Of a stretch of DNA of 64,000 nucleotides, positions 29,035 through 39,780 are shown piece by piece (within the stretch, counting starts at the first letter, position 1; every line of letters begins with the position of its first letter). Both the position numbers and the translations under genes were made by a program. This stretch comes from Chitinophagia bacterium (GTDB lineage: Bacteria; Bacteroidota; Bacteroidia; Chitinophagales; Chitinophagaceae). Below the pieces are notes generated by a model, which worked only from the letters and a program-made list of their open reading frames with translations, made no database searches and was not told the origin of the DNA. The stretch lies in contig JBAXVC010000008.1 of NCBI GenBank assembly GCA_037129315.1, forward strand, positions 32,552-96,551, read 5' to 3'.

Positions 29035-30546
29035 TTATTTTATTTGGCTAAACAACCTATTCCAACGAATGGATTTACTATAGCTAAACCAAATCATAGC
29101 AGCACGGCCTACGATATGGGTTTCAGGAACATAGCCCCAATATCTGCTGTCTTGACTACGATGCCTATTATCCCCCATCATCCAATAATAATTTTGTTTA
29201 ACGATATAAGTAGTCGTTTCAATTCCATTGATAAAATACTTCCCTTGCTTTTCATCTAAAACATTATGCTCGTAATTTGAAATGAGCCTTCGATATAATT
29301 GAATGGTACTATCATTTAATTGAATTACATCCCCTTTTTTAGGAATTTGAATAGGCCCATAATTATCTACTGACCAAGGAAAATGGGTAATGTCATTGGG
29401 GAAAGTATTGCCAACTAAATTATCATCAAAATAATCAACTGAAACAACTTGCGGTAATTTTTTTAATCTTTCTGCAGCTGACGCAGTCATGTTTATTTTA
29501 AAAGTATTTGGAACACCTTCCATAATTTGAAAATCAGCACCTGCTTCGTTGATATTAATTCCAATACTATCTTGGATATAATCCTCTGAAATAGCAGCAC
29601 CATTGGTTTTAACAATGAATTCAGTTTGTGAGTAAGGGGCTACCAAACCTGGCTTTCCATTTACCCATAAATGACTGCCTTTCACTTGTATGATATCTCC
29701 TGGCACACCAACACATCTTTTAATGTAATTATCTGTTTTGTCAACAGGATGCACTAAAGTTGGATAATCATTTAATAATTTTTCTCGATTATTATGATAC
29801 TCAGGACTTCTTAAAACATCGTAGTAAGGAATTTTACTTCCAAATTCTGGTAGATTGATAATGGTATCCCCTGCTGGGAAATTAAATACAACCACATCAT
29901 TGCGATTAATACTTCTTATTTGGGGCAACCTTTTATAATCTAATTGAATCCACTTTAAGTAAGAAGGTGTGGTGGGCGCCATTGGTAACGTATTGTGTAC
30001 AAATGGAAAACTTAATGGCGTTTGTGGTATACGTGCACCGTAGGTAATTTTATCAACAAACAAAAAGTCATTTACTAATAAAGTTTTTTCCATACTTTCT
30101 GTAGGAATCACATAAGCCTCAAAAATAAAAGTGCGAATTAAAGTAGCAGCTACTACTGCAAAAACTGCAGCGTCAATCCACTCCCTTGATGCAGATTTGT
30201 GGTAATGTTGTAAAGCATCTTTACCATGCCATTTTTCAGAAGAAGAAAGTCCGATATAGGGCAAATAAATAAAGGGTGCTAGCACAACTAAAGTATGGTG
30301 AACCAAGCCCACTTTTTTAAAATGCATTACAAATATGATCGAAATCCATAGTGTTACAAATTGACCAAGGATTGGAATGAATTGAATCCAAAACCAAATT
30401 TTTGAAATACCACAAAGTTTTACAACTTCCCAAGTATTATAAATGGGGAGGATGGCTTTTGTGTTTAAAACACCTGCTTTCTTAAGCATTAAATACATAC
30501 CAATATGCCAGCCTAGCCAATAAAGAATCAATAAAATATATCCCAT
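29035..30546 (-). CDS. lepB: Signal peptidase I (Bacteroidota long form with an N-terminal membrane domain)
   Basis: IPTESMEKTL (Ser), YIKRCVG (Lys), MGDNRHRSQDSRYWG. Confidence 0.93.
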   Translation of the reverse strand: MGYILLILYWLGWHIGMYLMLKKAGVLNTKAILPIYNTWEVVKLCGISKIWFWIQFIPILGQFVTLWISIIFVMHFKKVGLVHHTLVVLAPFIYLPYIGLSSSEKWHGKDALQHYHKSASREWIDAAVFAVVAATLIRTFIFEAYVIPTESMEKTLLVNDFLFVDKITYGARIPQTPLSFPFVHNTLPMAPTTPSYLKWIQLDYKRLPQIRSINRNDVVVFNFPAGDTIINLPEFGSKIPYYDVLRSPEYHNNREKLLNDYPTLVHPVDKTDNYIKRCVGVPGDIIQVKGSHLWVNGKPGLVAPYSQTEFIVKTNGAAISEDYIQDSIGININEAGADFQIMEGVPNTFKINMTASAAERLKKLPQVVSVDYFDDNLVGNTFPNDITHFPWSVDNYGPIQIPKKGDVIQLNDSTIQLYRRLISNYEHNVLDEKQGKYFINGIETTTYIVKQNYYWMMGDNRHRSQDSRYWGYVPETHIVGRAAMIWFSYSKSIRWNRLFSQIK

Positions 30547-30575
30547 AAAATTGTGGTTAATTTATATATACCAAA

Positions 30576-30598
30576 AATATCCCTTTGTGAGGGATATT
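30576..30598 (-). terminator. Candidate terminator downstream of pdhB, overlapping the lepB promoter box
   Basis: AATATCCCT-cacaa-AGGGATATT followed by TTT on the minus strand; TATTTTTG at 30572-30579. Confidence 0.55.
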
Positions 30599-30675
30599 GA
30601 TTAAAATATTTTTAAAGTAGCAAAGTATTAATATGAGTGGTCTATTAAAGGGATTAGCCTGCTTCAATGATAGCA

Positions 30676-31662
30676 TTATTTATATTGATGCATCAATTCC
30701 TTCACCAATTGTACCGATCTTGCAACGTCTGGAATAGCTAAAGCGGCTAAATTAGGTGCATAATGCATAGGTGCGTCGGCACTTGTTATACGGCGTATTG
30801 GTGCATCTAAATAGTCAAAACCTTCCTTTTGAATACGATAACTTAATTCAGAAGATACGGAAGCAAAAGGCCATTGCTCTTCAATAATAACCAATCGATT
30901 TGTTTTTTTAACACTTTCCAATACGGTCATCCAATCCAAAGGTCTAATGGTTCTTAAGTCAATTACTTCGGCACTAATTCCTTCCTTTTCTAATTCCGCT
31001 GCAGCACCTAAAGCTACTTTCATCATTTTATTGTAAGATACAATGGTAATATCGCGACCCATTTTTTTAACATCCGCCTTCCCTAAAGGGATATAGTATT
31101 CCTCATCAGGTATATCGCATTTATCACCATACATAACTTCACTTTCTAGAAACATGATAGGATCTTCCTCATAACGAATGGCTTGTTTTAATAAGCCTTT
31201 GGCATCATAGCCATTAGAAGGAGAAACAACTTTAATACCAGGAATATTCGCTAAATAACTTTCAAAAGCGGTCGAATGCTGTGCCCCTAATTGACCAGCA
31301 CTTCCATTAGGGCCTCTCATCACAATAGGACATCCAATTTGACCTCCACTCATCGCAAGCATTTTACTTGCCGTATTCAAAATTTGATCCAAAGGAAGTA
31401 CTGCAAAATTCCATGTCATAAACTCCACAATGGGTCTTAATCCATTTTGAGCTGCCCCAACGGCTACTGCTGTAAATCCTAACTCAGAAATAGGTGTATC
31501 TATGATTCGTTTTGCGCCAAACTCAGCTAACATACCTTGGCTCACTTTATAAGCACCATTATATTCAGCAACTTCCTCCCCCATTAATAACACTTTTTCA
31601 TCTCTTCTCATTTCCTCGCTCATTGCCTCCCTAAGGGCTTCTCTAAATGGTATTGATCGCAT
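30676..31662 (-). CDS. pdhB: Pyruvate dehydrogenase E1 beta subunit
   Basis: GEEVAEYNGAYKVS, DTPISE, EFMTWNF, AQHS, VIDLRTIRPLD; TATTTTTG promoter box at 31688-31695. Confidence 0.93.
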   Translation of the reverse strand: MRSIPFREALREAMSEEMRRDEKVLLMGEEVAEYNGAYKVSQGMLAEFGAKRIIDTPISELGFTAVAVGAAQNGLRPIVEFMTWNFAVLPLDQILNTASKMLAMSGGQIGCPIVMRGPNGSAGQLGAQHSTAFESYLANIPGIKVVSPSNGYDAKGLLKQAIRYEEDPIMFLESEVMYGDKCDIPDEEYYIPLGKADVKKMGRDITIVSYNKMMKVALGAAAELEKEGISAEVIDLRTIRPLDWMTVLESVKKTNRLVIIEEQWPFASVSSELSYRIQKEGFDYLDAPIRRITSADAPMHYAPNLAALAIPDVARSVQLVKELMHQYK

Positions 31663-31729
31663 GAAACTATATTTTGTTTATGAGTGGCAAAAATAAGCTT
31701 TATAAAGGAAAAATATAATTCTTACCCAT

Positions 31730-31769
31730 AAAAAAAGGTCCCCTCCCGATAAATCGAGAAGGGACCTTT
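31730..31769 (-). terminator. Intrinsic terminator of the TonB-dependent receptor gene
   Basis: A 17-bp stem whose two plus-strand mismatches become G-U pairs on the minus strand, followed by a U tract. Confidence 0.85.
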
Positions 31770-31791
31770 AGGACTAACCCATCCTAAGCTA

Positions 31792-34734
31792 TTAAAATAT
31801 GTTATATGCAAAACTTACATAGTACAATCCGCCAATTTCAGGACTACCGTATGCAGATTTGTAGCATTTGTTAAAGATGTTTGTACCACCTGCTTTAATC
31901 AAAGATTTATAAGAAGGTAATTTATAGGTTAACACCGCATCCACTGTTTTGTATGAACTTATCGGTCCAACAGCAAATGTACTTACGTAATCAAATCCAT
32001 CTTGGTAATGGAAATTAGCGCTAAACCCTAAACGATTTTTAAATAAGAAACCGCTATTGTTTAAAGCAATATTTGCTCTAATTTTTGGAGTATTGAAATA
32101 TGGAATTACACCATCTGCCACTGCTCCAATTTCATCATTAAAGATGCTTGTAGAGATACTGAAATTTCTAGGCAATAAATAATCTAATGACAATCCCCAT
32201 CCACTTGTTTTTACATTACCTTCTGAATTCGTAGAGATACTGTATGCCATACGCTTACTTGCATCTAAAACATCTGCTGGACTAGGCGAAGCAGCATTAC
32301 GAGATTGTATTACAGTCACACCACCAATAAAGTTGGTATAATTGCCAGTATAGTAATAAAAATCAACTAATAATCTTTTAGCGATTAAAGCCTTGTAACC
32401 AATTTCCATTGAAGTCATAGACTCAGGCTTGAAATCGTTAAACACTTGTTGTTTTAATAAACCAGGATTTGCAGCACCTGCCAAAGCACTTGCACCAAAT
32501 GCATTTACACTCGCTAAAGTATAAGCAGGATTGGTGCTGAATTTATATAATTCTCTTAATTGAGGTAAACCTCCCATTAAACGAGTTCCACCACCCACTA
32601 ACAAGTTGATCCATTGGTTTTGAGAAGAAGGAAAACGATAAGCTGTTTGATAAGAAAGACGAACATTATTATCTTGAGCCACTTTAACGACCATTGAAAC
32701 TCTTGGTGTAAAACGACCTTCAAAGTTGGTGCTCTTATCATAACGACCAGATGCAGAAATTTTTACAACATCATCAAAGAATTTTTTTGATAATTGAGCG
32801 TACGCACCTGTTTCATTAATAGGAATTTGACCTGCTGTATCAGCAAATAAAGTTCCTTGAGAATTTAATAAATATTGTTTCATTGAAGCACCTACTAATA
32901 AATCGGTTCCCACTTTATCTAAACCTAAGGCGTTTGTTAAGTTGTATTGGCCTTCAAAAACATTTAATACAGATTTGTCTAAGAACATACCACCACCCAT
33001 AGAAATAGGTGTAGATACAATTGCTTTAAATCTTGGATCTTGTGTAATGTTACCAGTTGGACGATTGGCATCAGCAACTGCACGCGCTGCTACATTAGCT
33101 GCTTGGGCTGGCATTCCAGCATCTCTGTATGCAGTTAAGGCAGACATGTAAGTAGGGAACCAAGTTGTACTAGGACTCCATGCTTCATTAAAATAACGAG
33201 CTGCAATAGTGGCATTAAAAGATGCACCCGCATCTTCACGAGTTGTATATGCTCTCAATAACCAATCTTTAGACTTAATCTCAAATTTGTATTGGCCCAT
33301 TCTTAATTCCTTCAAAGAATAACGATCACTACCTGTGTAAACAGTGTTACCTGTTCCATTATAAAAGCTAAAAGAAGCTTCGGTATTGTCAGTTATTTTA
33401 TAGTTTAATGATCCTGTCATTTTTACATTTAATGTAGTTGGATCAATCACATCTTTTTCAGCATAACCTGTTCTTGATACATCTCCAGAATAAAAGCCCT
33501 TTGCGTTACCATACAATAAAGGTGCATAAGGTGCTAAAGAGGCGGCTTGCGATTTTACAAATGCACTATAACTAGCCAAAGTTGGGAACATCGCTACTGC
33601 TCCATATAAATTTGTAAAAGCAGCGTTGGCATAAGTGCCCGCTAATGGACCATAAGGTGCATAATTAGCAGTTAAACCTTCAATAATTTTACCTTTAACT
33701 GACCCAAATACAGAACTCAATGAAGTGGTTGTCTCATCACCATAATAATTCACACCATCATAATTAGGGTCTGATTGACGTGTTCCAGCAATAGTTTGTC
33801 CATTTGGTGAACCAGTTGTGCGAGAATAGTTAGTAGCATCTGTACCCACCCAATCTTGCGCTTCCGTAAATTGAGCAGCAAATTTATAAGCAAAACGATC
33901 ATTTATTTTTTGAGCCCATCTTACTGTCCAATCTCTATATTGAGATAATGGGCGTTGTTTATTATCAATATGATTGATACCTTCTTTTATTTGGAAACTT
34001 AATCCTTGGTATTTGAAAGGATTTTTACTATTTATTAACACCGTTCCATTCATACCACCAGCTCCATATAAAGCAGAAGAGGCACCTGGCAATAATTCAA
34101 TATTGTCTACATCTAATTCAGTTAAACCAATAACGCTACCTACTGAAAAGTTCAATCCTGGCGCTTGGTTATCCATTCCATCAATTAATTGATTCGCTCT
34201 AGTGTTACCACTTACATTAAAACCTCTAGTACTGATACTTTTAAAAGTTAAACTAGCTGTAATCACATCCACCCCTTTAAGAGTACCTAATATATCATAA
34301 TAGTTAGATGCAGGTGTGTTTTTGATGGTTGTACTACTAATTCTTTCAATAGATACAGGTGATTCTAAAATACGCTCTGCTACTTTTGAAGCAGATACAA
34401 CTACTTCAGAACCAAGTACAAAAGAAGGAGATAAACTTACCTCTAATTTTGCGTTTATAGACGAAACTGGAACTTCTTTATTAGCAAACCCAACTGATGA
34501 AAACACTAAGGTAAATGGTGTTTTTTGAGACACATTTAATCTAAATGTACCTTTATCATCGGTAAAAGTGCCGTTGGTTGTTCCTTTCACTGTGACAGAA
34601 ACAGCAGCTAACACTTCTGCAGAACTTGAATTTTTAACAGTACCATTAATAGTACCTGCATTTTGCGCGTTTAAAGACAATACCGTTAAGGCAAGGATAC
34701 TTAAAAGGCTAAAATGGCGTAAAAATTTTCTCAT
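31792..34734 (-). CDS. TonB-dependent outer membrane receptor with an N-terminal carboxypeptidase-regulatory-like domain
   Basis: Signal peptide, VTVKGTTNGTFTD, plug (EVVVSASKVAERILESPVSI, IELLPGASSALYG), C-terminal YYVSFAYNIF. Confidence 0.92.
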   Translation of the reverse strand: MRKFLRHFSLLSILALTVLSLNAQNAGTINGTVKNSSSAEVLAAVSVTVKGTTNGTFTDDKGTFRLNVSQKTPFTLVFSSVGFANKEVPVSSINAKLEVSLSPSFVLGSEVVVSASKVAERILESPVSIERISSTTIKNTPASNYYDILGTLKGVDVITASLTFKSISTRGFNVSGNTRANQLIDGMDNQAPGLNFSVGSVIGLTELDVDNIELLPGASSALYGAGGMNGTVLINSKNPFKYQGLSFQIKEGINHIDNKQRPLSQYRDWTVRWAQKINDRFAYKFAAQFTEAQDWVGTDATNYSRTTGSPNGQTIAGTRQSDPNYDGVNYYGDETTTSLSSVFGSVKGKIIEGLTANYAPYGPLAGTYANAAFTNLYGAVAMFPTLASYSAFVKSQAASLAPYAPLLYGNAKGFYSGDVSRTGYAEKDVIDPTTLNVKMTGSLNYKITDNTEASFSFYNGTGNTVYTGSDRYSLKELRMGQYKFEIKSKDWLLRAYTTREDAGASFNATIAARYFNEAWSPSTTWFPTYMSALTAYRDAGMPAQAANVAARAVADANRPTGNITQDPRFKAIVSTPISMGGGMFLDKSVLNVFEGQYNLTNALGLDKVGTDLLVGASMKQYLLNSQGTLFADTAGQIPINETGAYAQLSKKFFDDVVKISASGRYDKSTNFEGRFTPRVSMVVKVAQDNNVRLSYQTAYRFPSSQNQWINLLVGGGTRLMGGLPQLRELYKFSTNPAYTLASVNAFGASALAGAANPGLLKQQVFNDFKPESMTSMEIGYKALIAKRLLVDFYYYTGNYTNFIGGVTVIQSRNAASPSPADVLDASKRMAYSISTNSEGNVKTSGWGLSLDYLLPRNFSISTSIFNDEIGAVADGVIPYFNTPKIRANIALNNSGFLFKNRLGFSANFHYQDGFDYVSTFAVGPISSYKTVDAVLTYKLPSYKSLIKAGGTNIFNKCYKSAYGSPEIGGLYYVSFAYNIF

Positions 34735-34834
34735 ATTTTAATTGTTTTTAAGATGAATCGTAGTTAAAAATACTGAATTGTTACCACTTCAGAAAAAATT
34801 ATCAAAATTGTGTTAAAACTTTTAATTTAGTGGT

Positions 34835-35767
34835 ATGAAATCCACACCCTTCCCAGGCCAAATTAATACTTACCATGGCAAAGTAAGAGACGTCTATTAT
34901 ATTGAAAATGAGCTACTTGTAATGATTGCAAGCAACAGAATCTCAGCTTTTGATGTAATTTTACCTAACCCCATTCCTTATAAAGGCCAGGTGTTAAATC
35001 AGATAGCGGCCTATATGTTAAAGGCTACTAAGGATATTTGTCCCAATTGGCTTTTAGACACCCCCGCCCCTAACGTGGCGATCGGGAAAAAATGTATCCC
35101 ATTTAAAATTGAAATGGTAGTGCGAGGTAATTTAGTAGGTCATGCATGGCGCACCTATCAAAACGGAGGTCGTATTTTATGTGGCATTCCATTAACCGAA
35201 GGACTTAATGAAAACGACTTTTTTCCTACCCCAATCATTACTCCTTCAACTAAAGCAAGTGAAGGACATGATGAAGATATTTCCAAGGAAGACATCATTA
35301 CACAAGGATTAGCTAGTGAAGCTGATTGGAAAGTATTAGAAAAATATGCGCTCGCTTTATTCCAAAGAGGAAAAGAAATTGCTGCAAAACAAGATTTGAT
35401 TTTAGTAGATACTAAATATGAGTTTGGAAAAATAGGTGACACGATTTATTTAATGGACGAAATTCACACACCCGACTCCTCTCGTTATTTTTATGCAGAT
35501 GGTTTTGAGCAAAGACAAAAAAATAAAGAAAAACAAAAGCAACTTAGTAAGGAATTTGTACGCGAGTGGTTGATTGAAAATAATTTTATGGGAAAGGAAG
35601 GTCAAACGGTTCCATTAATGACCGCTGAATGGATTGATACCATTTCTAAAAGATACATAGAACTATATGAACAAGTGATTGGTGAAAAATTTATACCTCA
35701 AAAATTATCTGACGAAGAAACTTATAGTTTAGTGTCCGCTTCTTTGGCAAAATTAGGATCGTTGTAA
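34835..35767 (+). CDS. purC: Phosphoribosylaminoimidazolesuccinocarboxamide synthase
   Basis: [41 protein letters not shown]. Confidence 0.96.
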   Translation: MKSTPFPGQINTYHGKVRDVYYIENELLVMIASNRISAFDVILPNPIPYKGQVLNQIAAYMLKATKDICPNWLLDTPAPNVAIGKKCIPFKIEMVVRGNLVGHAWRTYQNGGRILCGIPLTEGLNENDFFPTPIITPSTKASEGHDEDISKEDIITQGLASEADWKVLEKYALALFQRGKEIAAKQDLILVDTKYEFGKIGDTIYLMDEIHTPDSSRYFYADGFEQRQKNKEKQKQLSKEFVREWLIENNFMGKEGQTVPLMTAEWIDTISKRYIELYEQVIGEKFIPQKLSDEETYSLVSASLAKLGSL

Positions 35768-35773
35768 GAATAA

Positions 35774-36814
35774 CTAAATATCTATTCCTAATCTTGGCCT
35801 TAGTCGCTGTTTGCTTTTATTAAAAATTTGCTGCCCTTTGTCAATCCCCTTTCTTAGTTCAATTTGTTTTTCTAATGGCAAATGAACAACATCAGTACAG
35901 CTCTGTGTACAACAGCCTGCATATGTTTCAGCGCATTTAGGACATTGAATAAATAATAAATGGCAGCCATCGTTTTTGCAATTTGTATGGGTGTCGCAAG
36001 GCGCACCACATTGATGACATTTTGAAATAATATCATCTGTTATTTTCTCCCCCAAACGATCATCAAATACAAAGTTCTTCCCTTTAAATTTACTTTCTAA
36101 TCCTGATTCCTTAATTTTATTTGCATAGTTGATGATGCCCCCTTCCAAATGAAACACATTTTTAAAACCATGGTGTAACATATAGGCACTCGCTTTTTCA
36201 CAACGAATACCTCCAGTGCAATACATGATTATATTTGCTTCTTTTTTTTCCTTCATCATATCCGCCGCCATAGGTAATTGATCCCTAAAAGTATCCGACG
36301 GTATTTCAATTGCTTTTTCAAAATGACCCACTTCATATTCGTAATGATTGCGCATATCAATGACAATGGTTTCAGATGACTCCAACATCGAATTCATTTG
36401 TTGGGCATTTACATATTTCCCTTTTTTTTCCATGCTAAAATTTGGATCATCAATGCCATCTGCGACAATTTTTTCACGGGTTTTAATTCTGAGCGCCCAA
36501 AAACTTTTTCCATTATCGTTTACTGCAGTATTCAATCTAATTTCATTCAATTCTGGAATAGCGTATAAATATTGCTTAAAATTTTCAAACAAATGCGAGG
36601 GTACACTTATTTGGGCATTGATTCCCTCTTGTGCAACATAGATTCGCCCAAACACTTGCAAAGCATTTAATCCTACATACAAATCATCTCTGAATTGTAC
36701 GGGATCCTTGATTGAAAAATATTGATAAAAACTAATGGTGGTACGAGGAAAATTTTCCTGGTATAATTTCTCTTTTAACTCCTTATTGGAGATACGATTG
36801 TGCAATACTGACAT
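35774..36814 (-). CDS. trhO: tRNA uridine(34) hydroxylase (rhodanese-domain TrhO/YceA)
   Basis: [47 protein letters not shown]; TATATTTG promoter box at 36857-36864. Confidence 0.9.
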   Translation of the reverse strand: MSVLHNRISNKELKEKLYQENFPRTTISFYQYFSIKDPVQFRDDLYVGLNALQVFGRIYVAQEGINAQISVPSHLFENFKQYLYAIPELNEIRLNTAVNDNGKSFWALRIKTREKIVADGIDDPNFSMEKKGKYVNAQQMNSMLESSETIVIDMRNHYEYEVGHFEKAIEIPSDTFRDQLPMAADMMKEKKEANIIMYCTGGIRCEKASAYMLHHGFKNVFHLEGGIINYANKIKESGLESKFKGKNFVFDDRLGEKITDDIISKCHQCGAPCDTHTNCKNDGCHLLFIQCPKCAETYAGCCTQSCTDVVHLPLEKQIELRKGIDKGQQIFNKSKQRLRPRLGIDI

Positions 36815-36891
36815 AAAATAAATTTAATCCCAATTACAGGTTGGGAAAATTCAATGCAAATATAAAAAATAAGTTTCTATCTACAAGCACC

Positions 36892-37242
36892 TTACTTTGA
36901 AGCCCTCACAAAACTCCCTGTCAAGGAGGCCAACCCTCCTAATAATGCGCCAATAAATGTAGTTAAAGCAATTAAAGCTATGTAGGAGCCCTTTAAAGGT
37001 AATATCGTTGCCACTTTCATTGATAGAATATGATCATTGCCTTGATCTATTAAAATAGCTAAGCCGCACCATAATAGTCCAATTGCAACAAAGCCAGATA
37101 AAAAAGAGTAGAACGCTTTTTGTGGAATCGCAATGGCAACTATTAAATTAGTGATGACAAAACTCCACCAAGGGAGGTTGCCATAAATACCTGCAGCATA
37201 AGCTAACAAGGCTGATAATATAATACTGATTAATATTTTCAT
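36892..37242 (-). CDS. Hypothetical small membrane protein (about 4 TM segments)
   Basis: 116 aa, almost entirely hydrophobic, co-oriented 31 bp downstream of the acylase gene. Confidence 0.7.
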   Translation of the reverse strand: MKILISIILSALLAYAAGIYGNLPWWSFVITNLIVAIAIPQKAFYSFLSGFVAIGLLWCGLAILIDQGNDHILSMKVATILPLKGSYIALIALTTFIGALLGGLASLTGSFVRASK

Positions 37243-37273
37243 GATATTCTTTTTAAGGATAATTAATTTTTAA

Positions 37274-39748
37274 CTAAGCGGCTTTAAATTGAAGATGCCA
37301 TTTTGTTCTTGCATTTTGTTTTAGCTTTTCTTTTCCTAAAAACAAAAATCTATAATATTGTCCTGCAGCCCATGTATTTACAAAACTATCATAATAAGGG
37401 CTACCTGGGTTACCACTTTGACCTCCAGGATATAAACCATAGGCTTCAATCTCGTCGGTCAAGTGAACAATCATTCTCCAACTAGGGCCATGATTTTCGG
37501 TGGTTGCATTAATAATATTAACACCTCCTCCAATGGGTAAATTTAATCTACTCAATGCAGGCATTTTAGTTAAATGTAAAATGCGAGTTGCTTTAAATAA
37601 AGACCATTCTAATTTATTTTCCTTTTCTAATTCCAATAATTTTTTAGTCGCATTTTCAACACCTAAAGTAACTTGATCTTTAAAGTTCTCTACTTTGTCT
37701 TTGGTACGAATGTCATCTGCTATAGACCAATTAGAATCTTTATTCATCTGATCTAGTAATACAAATGCTTCTGGTTTTGTCAATGGGATAGTAGATCCAG
37801 CTAATTCATCACCCCATACTGCTTGTTCCACGCTATCCCAAATGATTTTGAATACGGTGATTCCTTTTGAATCAACACTATTATTTAAATCCCAATTCGT
37901 CATTTCATTGACCATTTTTTTGGCATCATTACTTAATTTATCTAATTGCAAATACCTCATTAAAGCTGGACGAGCGGTGGCTGCAAATACATTATAGTTA
38001 TCTGTTTGCATCGCTTGCATATCCTGAGGTGTAATTTGATTCATGCTCGTTAAATGTTTATTAACACTAATACCTCGATACAAAGGGAAAGCAGATGCAG
38101 CTCCTAAATAATAGGGATAAGTGGGATCTGTTGCGGGTTGATTAGCACTACTTACAAATCCTCGAGCTGGATTTTTTATAATTGGATTTTCGTCATTAGG
38201 TATAATACCCTGCCATGCAAAACTGGAGTCCTCTCCTGGCATAATAAAATCACCTTGTCGCTCCCATCTTGCCACAAATCTTCCTTGTTGTTTAATTGCG
38301 ATATCTCCTGTCTTAGTGGCTAATACAAAATTTTGTCCAGGGCAGGTCCATAGAGAAATAGCATGTAAATAATCCTCATAATTTTTTGCTCTATTTAATT
38401 GATAAAATGTTTCAACACCTGTTGATGTACTATGCGCTGTCCATTGCACTGCTAAATTACGGCCTTTGGATTGTGGGTTTTGATAATGAGCATCAAACAT
38501 CGTTGGGCCCCAATTTGTCATTGCAATATCTTCAATCACATCGGTACTGTCTTTTACTTTTATGATTTCTTTTCTTTTTGTTGTGGGCTTCCAAGCACCA
38601 TTATACCAATATTCATTTCGAGTACTATCTTTAAATTTAATTTCATAATAATCAAACACATCACGACCTGCATTGGTCACTCCCCATGCTAAGCTGTCAT
38701 TAAAACCAATAATGACTGCAGGAGAACCTGGAAAGCTAGCTCCATAAGTGCTGTGTGTGGGTGTGGTGATTTGCATTTCGTACCATAAGGAAGGTAGATT
38801 TAAACCTAAATGTGGATCACTACATAATATGGGCCTTCCAGATTTTGTTTTACTTCCAGACACTGCCCAATTATTACTTCCATTATTTTTATCCGGCGCT
38901 TCTGGCATTATTTCATTATTAAACGCTAATGCCTTAGTATTATGTAAATAAGAAGAATCTGATTTGATTGGTTTTTGGGGAACAATAGAAGGCTTTGCAA
39001 AAACAGTTCCTTTTGGTATTATAGGATCTAGAGAATCTTGCTTGTTGGTATATAGTTTATCAAATAAATCATAACCTAAATAATCCCTTGTATTGGTTAG
39101 TTGTAAATCAGCGTTGGCTGAACGGCCTGTTAAGTCATAAGACATGAACATCAAAAATAAATATGTTTTTTTAGGCGTCCAATCCTCAGGCGCGTAATTC
39201 ATAAGTTTAAATTCAAAAGGCAAATCCGCTGGATCCAATTGTTTAATATAAGCGTTCACCCCTGCTGTATAAGCATCCAAAGTGGTCTTCATAAGAGGGT
39301 TGGTTGCATTAATATTAGCTTCTGTCTGCTCTGCTCCATAGACCATACCTAATCTTCTAAAAAAACGATCAATAGGTAATTTATCAGCACCTGCAATTTC
39401 ACTTAATCTACCAGATGCAACACGTGTTTCAAAATCCATTTGCCATAACCTAAACTTTGCATGCAAATAGCCTTGAACAAAATAAGCATCTTCATCATGA
39501 TCAGCATAAATATGCGGAACCAATCTATCGTCCACATAAACATCCACGTTTCCTTTTAATTCATTTGCGATGATCGTGGCATCAAAATTGGTATTTATTT
39601 TTTCAGCATTCTTCCAAAATCCATGTTGCGGAGATAAAAAATAACCTAATCTCGGTGCTTTTGAGTTTCCAATTTTAAGTTGTGTATCTAAAGTAAAAAC
39701 CAATCCGGTGGTGAGGATAGCGCTTGCTATCAATGGCAATAATCGCAT
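37274..39748 (-). CDS. Penicillin acylase family Ntn-hydrolase
   Basis: VPHIYA, QGYLHAKFRLWQM, NGSNNWAV (N-terminal Ser nucleophile), DPHLGL, GVTNA, PGGQSGNP. Confidence 0.92.
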   Translation of the reverse strand: MRLLPLIASAILTTGLVFTLDTQLKIGNSKAPRLGYFLSPQHGFWKNAEKINTNFDATIIANELKGNVDVYVDDRLVPHIYADHDEDAYFVQGYLHAKFRLWQMDFETRVASGRLSEIAGADKLPIDRFFRRLGMVYGAEQTEANINATNPLMKTTLDAYTAGVNAYIKQLDPADLPFEFKLMNYAPEDWTPKKTYLFLMFMSYDLTGRSANADLQLTNTRDYLGYDLFDKLYTNKQDSLDPIIPKGTVFAKPSIVPQKPIKSDSSYLHNTKALAFNNEIMPEAPDKNNGSNNWAVSGSKTKSGRPILCSDPHLGLNLPSLWYEMQITTPTHSTYGASFPGSPAVIIGFNDSLAWGVTNAGRDVFDYYEIKFKDSTRNEYWYNGAWKPTTKRKEIIKVKDSTDVIEDIAMTNWGPTMFDAHYQNPQSKGRNLAVQWTAHSTSTGVETFYQLNRAKNYEDYLHAISLWTCPGQNFVLATKTGDIAIKQQGRFVARWERQGDFIMPGEDSSFAWQGIIPNDENPIIKNPARGFVSSANQPATDPTYPYYLGAASAFPLYRGISVNKHLTSMNQITPQDMQAMQTDNYNVFAATARPALMRYLQLDKLSNDAKKMVNEMTNWDLNNSVDSKGITVFKIIWDSVEQAVWGDELAGSTIPLTKPEAFVLLDQMNKDSNWSIADDIRTKDKVENFKDQVTLGVENATKKLLELEKENKLEWSLFKATRILHLTKMPALSRLNLPIGGGVNIINATTENHGPSWRMIVHLTDEIEAYGLYPGGQSGNPGSPYYDSFVNTWAAGQYYRFLFLGKEKLKQNARTKWHLQFKAA

Positions 39749-39780
39749 AACATGTATTTAGACTACTAAATTACACAATA

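Noticed and set aside
34735-34834. Cobalamin/TPP riboswitch or Fur box upstream of the TonB receptor
   Set aside because: A 100-bp AT-rich gap with no aptamer; only a single GATAAT half-site, which is expected by chance.
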